From assembly GCA_038727515.1 (NCBI GenBank), contig JAVYVS010000001.1, positions 544,001-608,000 of the forward strand: a stretch of DNA of 64,000 bases. Direction: 5' to 3'. Position 1 is the stretch's first letter. Each line of letters starts with the position of its first letter. The notes below the pieces were generated by a model, which saw only the letters and a program-made list of their open reading frames with translations, ran no database searches and had not been told where the DNA came from. This DNA comes from Candidatus Methanomethylicia archaeon (GTDB lineage Archaea > Thermoproteota > Methanomethylicia > Culexarchaeales > Culexarchaeaceae). A program made the translations under genes and the position numbers. Of this stretch, positions 41,809 to 50,745 are shown in pieces.

Positions 41809-43035
41809 TTATGTTTTTAATACTATAGCCCACGTTGGAAAATTGTAGTATGCATTAACAGTCCTTCTAACCTCAATATAGTAAACGTAAACTGTGTACC
41901 CTTCTTCGCCGAATATATGTACTGAAGCTCTCACAGCATATCCAGTTTTAATAACTAAAGCGACATCTATGGGGATTTTTAATGGTATTGGAAGATATTG
42001 TTGTGGTATGTTAATTACAAAGCCAAATACAGGTATAGCAAAGCTCATACTAACATCACCTTCAAGATTTACACCAGTTGCAGGAGTATTCCATCCTTTT
42101 CCAGCAGCACTCTTTAGATATATTTCTGTCCCTTCTATATCATCACCTTTCACAGCCATTAAGGTTTCTGGTAAATGGTATCTTATGTATACTCTATGCT
42201 CTCTATAAACTTCTCCACCATTAGCAGGTTCTTCATACTCCCAACACTCATATGTACATGTAACTAAACAAGAAACATAACCAACACTATTTTGACCAAC
42301 ACTAAAAGTAACTTCATTACTCTCAGAATTACTAATAACAGTTATTTCTTTACCTATTTTCCATGGGATTATAATATTATTTGTTGGGTATAGAGTTACG
42401 GAAAATGTACATTTAAAACCCACTATCCCATATTTTGTTACCTCATAATAAGCAGTTGCTCTAGTATGTTGATCAGTAACTACTTTAAATAGAGTTTCTC
42501 GTTTTGACTCTTCTTTACTATATATTAATCTCGCCCATGGAGGAGCTTGTTGCTCAGTAATTATTGTTCCAAGTTTTTCTTCAACTTTTGTAAGTTTATC
42601 AGTTAACTCCACAATTACATTAGCTTTTAATGGACCAATAGCTGTTAATGGCAACTCTGTTGATCCAACTCCAAAATACTTATACCCTTCATATTTACCT
42701 ATTGCTGTAATATAGAGTACTGGGTGTAGTTTTATACTTCTCTTTTCAGCTTCATTCCAATCAATTAATGGTTTAATCACATCTTTTATTGATAATGTAA
42801 TTGTGGCTATTCCATGTTCATTTGTTGACGTAGCTTTTATAAATCTAGTTCCATTGGGTGCAGTTGCAAAGATATATATGTTTGCATTTGGAATAGCTTT
42901 GTAATCTTTGGTTACGATTATAGCCAGATATACCTTATCCATTTCTTGAGCTACAATACAAACTCCTAGTATGAGAGATGATATGAATAATACTAAGATA
43001 AATATTGTTTTTAGATTAAACTTCTTAGAAAACAT
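41809..43035 (-). CDS. Hypothetical secreted beta-rich protein
   Basis: Signal peptide MFSKK + hydrophobic core; prealbumin-like IPNANIYI...TNEHGIATI; Thr/Val/Tyr-rich strands. Confidence 0.7.
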   Translation of the reverse strand: MFSKKFNLKTIFILVLFISSLILGVCIVAQEMDKVYLAIIVTKDYKAIPNANIYIFATAPNGTRFIKATSTNEHGIATITLSIKDVIKPLIDWNEAEKRSIKLHPVLYITAIGKYEGYKYFGVGSTELPLTAIGPLKANVIVELTDKLTKVEEKLGTIITEQQAPPWARLIYSKEESKRETLFKVVTDQHTRATAYYEVTKYGIVGFKCTFSVTLYPTNNIIIPWKIGKEITVISNSESNEVTFSVGQNSVGYVSCLVTCTYECWEYEEPANGGEVYREHRVYIRYHLPETLMAVKGDDIEGTEIYLKSAAGKGWNTPATGVNLEGDVSMSFAIPVFGFVINIPQQYLPIPLKIPIDVALVIKTGYAVRASVHIFGEEGYTVYVYYIEVRRTVNAYYNFPTWAIVLKT

Positions 43036-43111
43036 ATAACATCAAATAAAATTTTGTAGAAACATATATATATCGTCAACAACTTTAATTTACAATTTAA
43101 GTTTTAGAATG

Positions 43112-44170
43112 TTAAATTATATTTTTAATCCAGCTTCTTCCACCCCAGAATTTTCCACGTATATTTAAATTGTATTCACATTTAGGACATTTAGATTCAT
43201 CTTTAAGGTCATAAATGAAAATTTGAAACCCATATCTTTCAATTAGAAGTTTATTGCAGTTTGGGCAATAGGTATTTTCACCTTTAAGTTCTGGTGCATT
43301 CCCTAAATATACGTGTTTTAAACCAGTTTTACGAGCTATTTCAGCAGCTGTTTTAAGCATATATGATGGTGTTGAAGGACGATCATACATTTTATAGTCT
43401 GGATGAAATCTAAGTATATGGAATGGTATTTCAAAACCTAAATTATTAACGATCCAACTACATAGATTTTCAAGATCTTTCTCCCATCCTTCAAGTCCAG
43501 GTATTAGTAAATTTGTGATTTCAATGAATATATTATTTCTCTTCAATTCCAGTAGACATTCAAATATTGGATTAACATCGAAAACACTGGAAAACTTTCT
43601 ATATGCCTCTGGATTTGCTGAACATTTAAAATCTACAGTTGCTGCATCTAGGTATGGAGCTATAGTTCTAACGGCTTCTGGAGTCATATACCCATTGGTT
43701 ACAAAGGTATTGAATAAACCTTTACTTTTAGCTATTTTTGAAGTTTCATATGCATATTCGAAAAATATTGTTGGCTCAGTATACGTATAGCTTATACCCT
43801 GACAATCATTTTCTAAAGCTAATTCAACTATTCTTTCAGGTGGAATCTCACGACCATAAATTTCCTCTTCTTGACTAATAACCCAATTATCACAGAATAA
43901 ACATCTAAAATTACAGCCAATGGTAGCTATACTTAGAACTGATGCCCCTGGATTAAAGTGAAATAAAGGTTTTTTCTCGATAGGGTCGCAAGCAATAGAA
44001 CATGCTTTAGAGTAAACTAATGAGTAAAGTTTTCCACCAATATTTTTACGAACACGGCAAAAACCTGTTTTACCTTCAGCAATTATACATCTACGAGCAC
44101 ATAAATTGCATTTAACATTACCATTACCAATAGATTCATATAACATTGCTTCCTTCAAAATACATCCCAA
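43112..44170 (-). CDS. amrS: AmmeMemoRadiSam-system radical SAM enzyme (PflA-like)
   Basis: CNLCARRC...GFCRVR, DPIEKKPLFHF.PG, GCNFRCLFCDN, YTYTEP, C-terminal CPNC/CPKC. Confidence 0.9.
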   Translation of the reverse strand: MGCILKEAMLYESIGNGNVKCNLCARRCIIAEGKTGFCRVRKNIGGKLYSLVYSKACSIACDPIEKKPLFHFNPGASVLSIATIGCNFRCLFCDNWVISQEEEIYGREIPPERIVELALENDCQGISYTYTEPTIFFEYAYETSKIAKSKGLFNTFVTNGYMTPEAVRTIAPYLDAATVDFKCSANPEAYRKFSSVFDVNPIFECLLELKRNNIFIEITNLLIPGLEGWEKDLENLCSWIVNNLGFEIPFHILRFHPDYKMYDRPSTPSYMLKTAAEIARKTGLKHVYLGNAPELKGENTYCPNCNKLLIERYGFQIFIYDLKDESKCPKCEYNLNIRGKFWGGRSWIKNII

Positions 44171-44228
44171 ATATTAATTTGATAACAAGTATAATAACTT
44201 ATTTCAAGAAAAATTATAGGGGACTAAT

Positions 44229-45254
44229 GTGTTTAGAACTCTAGGTAGAACGGGATTAAAGGTTTTTCCAATAGGATTCGGTGGGATACCAATACAAGTC
44301 GTTGAAGATAGAGAAGCAATAAAAGTGATCAGGAGAGCATATGAACTTGGAGTAAACTTTTATGATACTGCAAGAGTATATGGATCAAGTGAAAGAAAAA
44401 TTGGGGAAGCATTAAATGATGTTAGAGAAGAAGTGATAATTGCAACTAAAACAACAGCTAAGAGTTATGAGAATGCCATTAAAGATTTGGAAACAAGTTT
44501 ATCTGAATTGAAAACAGATTACATAGACATATGGCAATTACATAATGTAAGTACCCATGAAACTCTAGAGAAAGTATTGTCAAGTAATGGTGCTATAGAA
44601 GCATTAAAGGAAGCAAAAAAGAGGGGTAAGGTTAGATGTATTGGGATAACAAGCCATAATTTAAATGTATTAATTAAAGCTATGGAAACAAATATATTTG
44701 ATACAATACAATTCCCATTCAACTACTTATCAGATGAAGCAAAAATAGATGTTATACCAAAAGCCATTGAAATGAACCTTGGAATTATAGCAATGAAGCC
44801 AATAGCTGGAGGAGAAATAAATTACCCAAAAATAGCTTTGAAATACGTATTAAAACATAATGTAACTGTAGCAATACCGGGAATGAAGAGCATAATTGAA
44901 GTAGAAGAAAATGTTTCAAGCATAAAGGATGGAATTGAAATAACAAAAGAGGAAGAAGAAATAATTGAATATGAGAGGAGGAATATGGAGAAAATATTTT
45001 GTAGAGGATGCATGTACTGTATGCCATGCCCTCAAGGGATACCAATAAGTCAACTACTAAGAATAAAACAATTTGTTAATAGAACTGGAATAAGTAGACA
45101 AGTAATAGAAATTTATGAAGAAGCAAAAAATACTGTTCCAAACTGTAAACTATGTCGACAATGTGAAGAAAAATGTCCATACAATCTACCAATAACAACA
45201 TTGATCCATGAGAAACTGGGATGGATTGAAAATGAATTAAAGAATAGGGGATAA
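44229..45254 (+). CDS. Aldo/keto reductase with C-terminal 4Fe-4S domain
   Basis: LGRTGLKV..IGFG, DTARVYG, IATK, DYIDIWQLH, AMKP; CRGCMYCMPCP and CKLCRQCEEKCP. Confidence 0.9.
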   Translation: MFRTLGRTGLKVFPIGFGGIPIQVVEDREAIKVIRRAYELGVNFYDTARVYGSSERKIGEALNDVREEVIIATKTTAKSYENAIKDLETSLSELKTDYIDIWQLHNVSTHETLEKVLSSNGAIEALKEAKKRGKVRCIGITSHNLNVLIKAMETNIFDTIQFPFNYLSDEAKIDVIPKAIEMNLGIIAMKPIAGGEINYPKIALKYVLKHNVTVAIPGMKSIIEVEENVSSIKDGIEITKEEEEIIEYERRNMEKIFCRGCMYCMPCPQGIPISQLLRIKQFVNRTGISRQVIEIYEEAKNTVPNCKLCRQCEEKCPYNLPITTLIHEKLGWIENELKNRG

Positions 45255-45271
45255 TTTGATTAGGTGTTCAA

Positions 45272-46126
45272 ATGCTCATAGACTATATAATATTGATGGT
45301 GGCAATATTCAGCGTATCTTGGGCATCAATACTAGTACTATTATCAAATGCTCCAGGAATAGTATGTGCATTCTGGAGGATGACATTATCTTCAATAATA
45401 ACCCTCTTTCTAACATCCATAAAAAATAAGGAGATAAAAGTTGTATTAAACATTCCAATAATATTCTCCGGTATAAGTTTAGCGATACACTTCTCATTTT
45501 GGATGGAATCATTATATAAAATCCCAGTGGCATTAAGTACAACAATAGTAAATTTACATCCAATATTCTCAACCATAATTGGTTCATTAATTAGAGAAAA
45601 AATAAAAAGGATACATTTAATTGGAATAATTACAGCCATAATTGGAGCGGCAATAATGGTTAAAGTATGGGAGATAAGTACAGAAATAGAATATCTTGGA
45701 ATAATATATGCACTTATAGGGGCATTATCATTTTCAACATATCTTTCAATAAATAAAATTTCAAGGAAAAACATGGACACATTAACATTAACAACGGGAG
45801 TTTATGGTATTGGAGGATTAACAACTCTAATCTACATAATGATAAATAAAATAAACTTCATAATATACCCGCAATCAACGTGGATCTACATAATATTGAT
45901 AACAATGATACCAATGTTAATGGGGCATACTCTACTAAACTATCTACTTAGAAATTTGGGATTAGTAATAGTTGCAGTTTCAACTTTGGGAGAACCTATT
46001 GGATCAACAGTTTTAGCATATACAATCTTAAAACAAAAAATTGATTTAACACAAATATTTGGAATGATGACAACCTTAGCTGGAATCTTTATCACAACGC
46101 TAAGTGAAAGAAAAATTAACCAATAA
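45272..46126 (+). CDS. DMT/EamA family transporter
   Basis: About 10 TM helices, AFWRM, LAIHF..W, GHTLLNY, LGEPIGS. Confidence 0.9.
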   Translation: MLIDYIILMVAIFSVSWASILVLLSNAPGIVCAFWRMTLSSIITLFLTSIKNKEIKVVLNIPIIFSGISLAIHFSFWMESLYKIPVALSTTIVNLHPIFSTIIGSLIREKIKRIHLIGIITAIIGAAIMVKVWEISTEIEYLGIIYALIGALSFSTYLSINKISRKNMDTLTLTTGVYGIGGLTTLIYIMINKINFIIYPQSTWIYIILITMIPMLMGHTLLNYLLRNLGLVIVAVSTLGEPIGSTVLAYTILKQKIDLTQIFGMMTTLAGIFITTLSERKINQ

Positions 46127-47123
46127 AATCCAATAAATAATTTGAAAGTTCAGAAATTTTAAAGGGGTTGAAACCAGTGTCATCTATTGTTTCAATACCC
46201 CTTAAACTCAACCTATATTTAACCCCCCTAGGAACTTTAACTTTAGATACTACAAACATCTTTTTAGGCTTGTATAACGAAAGGTAAACATCAATAACAT
46301 CTAATGCTTTAACATTCTCTAAATTACCATTAGTTAAAGTCATTATCCCCTTAGAAAATCTAAATTTCTTCCACCAACCATCAACCTCCTTACATTCGAT
46401 TATCATAAATGGACGTTTAACCAACATATTTCTTGAATTACTTGAACTTTTACTTGGAAGAATGTTTCTAACCCATCTATGATAAATCATTATATCTGGT
46501 CTTGGAGCTGCATTCAATGATAACTTTGAACTACGCCTAACTTTCTTTATACGTTCAATAGGGCGTGGAGCTTCCACAAAGAAACTAAATCTCTCACCAT
46601 CAATTTCTAAAACATAATTTGGAGATAAGGAATTATTACCTTGAAAACCTTTACGAGACAAAATAATCCACTTATTACGTGGGTATATAATCTTTATTTC
46701 ATGGGAATGTAAATTATAGGGAATAGATAAAACAACGAAATTCTGAAACATAAGTTTCAAATTGGACTCCAAACACTTCTTGATCGTCAAATTAATTATT
46801 GAATTAAAATTCTCTAAATCAAGATCCTTTAATATAAGTTCATATGATTTAGAGACAAATAAATTTATGATATGATTTAGGGGATCTTCTAGAAATGATG
46901 AAAGCTGTTTTGAATGTATTATATATGGGGAATTCAATATTGTTTTAATATCTTCACAAAAATCATTGTACACATAAACATGTTTACGAATAATCTCAAT
47001 TTCATCTCCAAAAACCTCTTTAATATAAGATTTAGCAAATTCCATATATTTATCTTCATCAAAGATTTTAGATGCCCGTAAATCCTCATATATAGATTCC
47101 CACATTAAATTCACCTTATCCAC
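46116..47123 (-). CDS. Hypothetical protein with PD-(D/E)XK nuclease-like C-terminal domain
   Basis: PRPDIMIY ... MIIECKE motif pair. Confidence 0.6.
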   Translation of the reverse strand: MDKVNLMWESIYEDLRASKIFDEDKYMEFAKSYIKEVFGDEIEIIRKHVYVYNDFCEDIKTILNSPYIIHSKQLSSFLEDPLNHIINLFVSKSYELILKDLDLENFNSIINLTIKKCLESNLKLMFQNFVVLSIPYNLHSHEIKIIYPRNKWIILSRKGFQGNNSLSPNYVLEIDGERFSFFVEAPRPIERIKKVRRSSKLSLNAAPRPDIMIYHRWVRNILPSKSSSNSRNMLVKRPFMIIECKEVDGWWKKFRFSKGIMTLTNGNLENVKALDVIDVYLSLYKPKKMFVVSKVKVPRGVKYRLSLRGIETIDDTGFNPFKISELSNYLLDFIG

Positions 47124-47229
47124 ACTAAAACATAATCAATACACACCACTAAACTTAAACGATAAATTACGGAATGAATAAGAAGAATAAAGTAAATAAA
47201 TGTAATTAACCGTAAAATATAAATAATCA

Positions 47230-47910
47230 TTAAGCTTCCAGTAACCTTATATAACCAATACCATATGGAAGCTCATTCAAAAAGGAATTAAACTTAAATA
47301 TTGAAACTACAGGTAAACCATTATAAATCCCAGAACTTTCATCTAAAAGTGTAACTATCACAGGAATGAAATAGATTTTACCATTAAAATCTAAATTAAA
47401 TAAACTTCTAAAAACCTTTGAGAAAAGTAATGTTTTATCATTATGAAGTTTAATTGCTCTTTCAATAATTGATGGACGATTGATAGACCAATGCTTACAA
47501 TCTAAACAAATAACATATGGAATTTTAAAACCAATTAAATCCAATTCAAATCTTTTTGAATCAATTTTAAACCTAACATTTTTATAAACACTATAATCAA
47601 AAGCTTTTAAAACTTCAAAACATAGGTTTTCAAATTCCCTCCAATTCAAAAATTTTGAAACCCTCTTAACATCAATACCTAAACCAATAGCGTAATATGC
47701 AAGTTTCAATCTATCTTTAACCTTAATGGACAATATACCATCAAAATCAATAAAATCAATAAACCCAAGCTCCATTAAACGCTTTAGACAATCCATTACA
47801 TGATCAAATGATAAAAATGTGTATTCAATTATTTCATCAATATTGCAAATAGGTTTATTTTCAGTAAGCATAAGAACAGTTAATATAACTTTATCGAGAA
47901 AAATTTGCAA
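47230..47910 (-). CDS. wHTH + Mrr/restriction endonuclease-like domain protein
   Basis: N-terminal wHTH; WREFE.LC...FELDLIG...CLDCKHW. Confidence 0.72.
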   Translation of the reverse strand: MQIFLDKVILTVLMLTENKPICNIDEIIEYTFLSFDHVMDCLKRLMELGFIDFIDFDGILSIKVKDRLKLAYYAIGLGIDVKRVSKFLNWREFENLCFEVLKAFDYSVYKNVRFKIDSKRFELDLIGFKIPYVICLDCKHWSINRPSIIERAIKLHNDKTLLFSKVFRSLFNLDFNGKIYFIPVIVTLLDESSGIYNGLPVVSIFKFNSFLNELPYGIGYIRLLEA

Positions 47911-48143
47911 AATACTCCCTAAATAAATTCTAGACCTCGAAAATATAATCTTTAAAGTTTACATATATGAAGATATATGCATCAAGACTAAGTAAATACA
48001 AGTTGTATTAATCAATTAAATGCAAAAGAAAATACATTTAAAGCATGGAGAAAAGAGAGCATAAACAATCAATTGTAGATTTCAATGTATGTATAAACTA
48101 CAGCTTATAAAAGAGTTGAAACATAAAGTATTGTGAAACAACG

Positions 48144-48398
48144 ATGTCTAGGGGAAAAGTAAGTGTGAAAGAGAGATGTCACATTTGTGGAAGAAAACTT
48201 TCAAGGAATAGCTTAACCATTAGCAGAGGTAATCTAAAACCAATGTATGAATATATCCTTAAAAACGGTGAAAAGAAATTTTTGTGCTCCACATGCTTTA
48301 ATAAAATCGTGGGATTAGAATTACTAGAGTTCCTTGAGAAAATAAATGAGGAAAGCAGTAGTAAAAAGGTTAAAGTATATAGTGCAACCAATTACTAG
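48144..48398 (+). CDS. Small zinc-finger protein
   Basis: CHICGRKL ... FLCSTC; directly abuts nnr start. Confidence 0.65.
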   Translation: MSRGKVSVKERCHICGRKLSRNSLTISRGNLKPMYEYILKNGEKKFLCSTCFNKIVGLELLEFLEKINEESSSKKVKVYSATNY

Positions 48399-49958
48399 AT
48401 GATGCAAAAAATAGAAAAGGGATTAAGTGTAGAGGAAATTCAAGCAATAGACGTAAATTGTGAATATCTAGGTATAAAAAGATTAATGTTAATGGAAAAT
48501 GCGGGTGCAGAAGTTTCAAGGATAATTCTTGAAATGATAAAACCGAAAAAATGTATAACTATAGTGGCTGGAAGTGGAAATAAGGGTGGAGATGGATTTG
48601 TTGCAGCAAGACATTTGTCTAGATTGGGGATAGAGATTATAGTTATACTTATTGGGAGACCAGAAAGCATAAGAAGTGAAGAAGCAAAAATAAACTGGAA
48701 GATAATAAATGAATTAAAATCATCAATAAAAACAATAGTAATTGAAGATACAAGTCAAATAGATTCAATAAAGGAGTTATTGACTAAATCAGAGGTTATA
48801 GTTGATGCACTACTTGGAACTGGTATAAGAGGTTTAGTAAAACCACCAGCATCAGAAATAATAAAGATTATTAATCACGCAAGAGAATGTGGAGCAAAGA
48901 TAGTATCAATAGATGTACCATCAGGTATAGATCCAAATAACGGAACCCCATTGGGAGTAGCTGTAAAAGCTGATTTAACCATTACACATCACAAACCAAA
49001 AATTGGGTTAATGACAAAGGATGGAACTGGATATGCTGGTGAAATAATAGTATCAAACATTGGAATCCCACCAGAAGTAGAATTATTCGCAGGACCTGGA
49101 GACGTCATAATAAACATTAAAAGGAGAAGGGAAACTTCACATAAAGGTGATTTCGGTAGAATAATCGTTATTGGTGGTAGCATAGAATACACAGGTGCGC
49201 CAGCTCTAACAGCTTTAGCCGCTTTAAGAACTGGAGCCGATATATCTATAATCATAACTCCAAGTAAAATTGCAAATGCCATAAGAAGTTTCTCACCAAA
49301 TTTAATAGTTAAAGAATATGAAGGAGAATACTTAAATACAAAGGGATTAAAGATTATTGAAAAAGAAATTGAAAAAGCAGATGTTGTAGCTATTGGACCT
49401 GGATTATCTTCTACACAAGAAGTTTTAGACAATGCAATGGAAGTATTTAAGATGGCAGCTGAAAAAGGTAAAAACCTAGTTATAGATGCAGATGCACTAA
49501 AAGCTTATGCTAAAAACCCATCAATAGTTAAAGGAACAAGAACAATAGTAACACCACACACAGGAGAATTCAAAATAGTAACGGGAATAACTCTGCCAAA
49601 TGAAGAAGGAGAAGGATGGAAAGATAGGATACCAATAGTCATGAATGAAGCAAGAAAACTCGAAGTAACAATACTATTGAAATCACATTATGATATAATT
49701 TCAGATGGCATAAAGGTTAAGGTTAATAGAACTGGAAATCCAGGTATGACTGTGGGTGGAACTGGAGATGTACTTACAGGGGTAACATCAACATTCCTAG
49801 CTTGGACTAATAATACATTTAGATCTGCAGTAGCAGCAGCATTTATAAATGGTTTAGCAGGAGATATAGCTGTTTCTGAAAAAGGGTATCATATAACTGC
49901 AACTGATGTGGTGGAGAAAATTCCCGAAGCATTTAAAATCGTGGAGAAATACGTTTAA
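48399..49958 (+). CDS. nnr: Bifunctional NAD(P)H-hydrate epimerase/dehydratase
   Basis: LMENAG, GSGNKGGDG, DALLGTG, SIDVPSG; HKGDFG, GGS..YTGAP, DADAL, TPH.GEF, GGTGDVL. Confidence 0.95.
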   Translation: MMQKIEKGLSVEEIQAIDVNCEYLGIKRLMLMENAGAEVSRIILEMIKPKKCITIVAGSGNKGGDGFVAARHLSRLGIEIIVILIGRPESIRSEEAKINWKIINELKSSIKTIVIEDTSQIDSIKELLTKSEVIVDALLGTGIRGLVKPPASEIIKIINHARECGAKIVSIDVPSGIDPNNGTPLGVAVKADLTITHHKPKIGLMTKDGTGYAGEIIVSNIGIPPEVELFAGPGDVIINIKRRRETSHKGDFGRIIVIGGSIEYTGAPALTALAALRTGADISIIITPSKIANAIRSFSPNLIVKEYEGEYLNTKGLKIIEKEIEKADVVAIGPGLSSTQEVLDNAMEVFKMAAEKGKNLVIDADALKAYAKNPSIVKGTRTIVTPHTGEFKIVTGITLPNEEGEGWKDRIPIVMNEARKLEVTILLKSHYDIISDGIKVKVNRTGNPGMTVGGTGDVLTGVTSTFLAWTNNTFRSAVAAAFINGLAGDIAVSEKGYHITATDVVEKIPEAFKIVEKYV

Positions 49959-50622
49959 CAAAAAATTTCAATAGATGGGGTGAATCAAGTATCTTCCTTA
50001 AATAATAAGATTTACGTATAATTGGAATAGCTTTACCTTTAACAATACATTCTATAATGTCATCAATATTAGATTTAGCTTCATGGATAAAGGTACATGC
50101 AAATCCAATAGTCCAAGGTGTATGAGCATCAGAACCTGCAATCAATGGTATTTTCAATGGGAAAATATCTAAAGATGTTTTAAATGGATATATTTCTAAA
50201 GCATCAAAATAATTTTTAAGATTATATATTCTCTCACCAATACCAGAAGAACGAAATATATGTGCAGCAATAATAATACCACCAAGATCTTTAACGAAAT
50301 CGTAAAATTGATGGAAATCTAATATGCACCTATCTGGAAAATCACATTTAAAACTTGGGAAAATTACAGTTACATGACCAAAATCAAAGGAAAATTCAGC
50401 TCCAGGTAAAACTATTAAATCATTAACTTTAGCATCTAAATAAACTTTAAACCGTTTATTAAGTAAACTTAATGAATCAACATTATAGATGTGATCAACA
50501 AAAGCTAATCCATCAACTCTCCCAACACTATATTTAACAATTTTACTTGGATTATAAAGTCCATCTGATAATGAAGAATGTACATGAACATCAATATACA
50601 TAACTAAAATAAATAGTAACAA
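49933..50622 (-). CDS. PHP-domain phosphoesterase
   Basis: DVHVHS..SDG, VDH, GAE...GH, AAH, GSDAH. Confidence 0.88.
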   Translation of the reverse strand: MLLFILVMYIDVHVHSSLSDGLYNPSKIVKYSVGRVDGLAFVDHIYNVDSLSLLNKRFKVYLDAKVNDLIVLPGAEFSFDFGHVTVIFPSFKCDFPDRCILDFHQFYDFVKDLGGIIIAAHIFRSSGIGERIYNLKNYFDALEIYPFKTSLDIFPLKIPLIAGSDAHTPWTIGFACTFIHEAKSNIDDIIECIVKGKAIPIIRKSYYLRKILDSPHLLKFFVKRISPRF

Positions 50623-50745
50623 GTCAATATAAATAACTATTATGTAAAACTAGTAACTATCTACATGATAAATTCACTCTAGTGAAAACATATCCACTAG
50701 AAACAACTTTATTAAAATAAAGATACATATAAGAATTGAATAAGA

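Noticed and set aside
43112-44170. Radical SAM gene as part of a RiPP cluster with the neighbouring secreted protein
   Set aside because: Motifs match the housekeeping-like AmmeMemoRadiSam enzyme; no SPASM domain or precursor peptide
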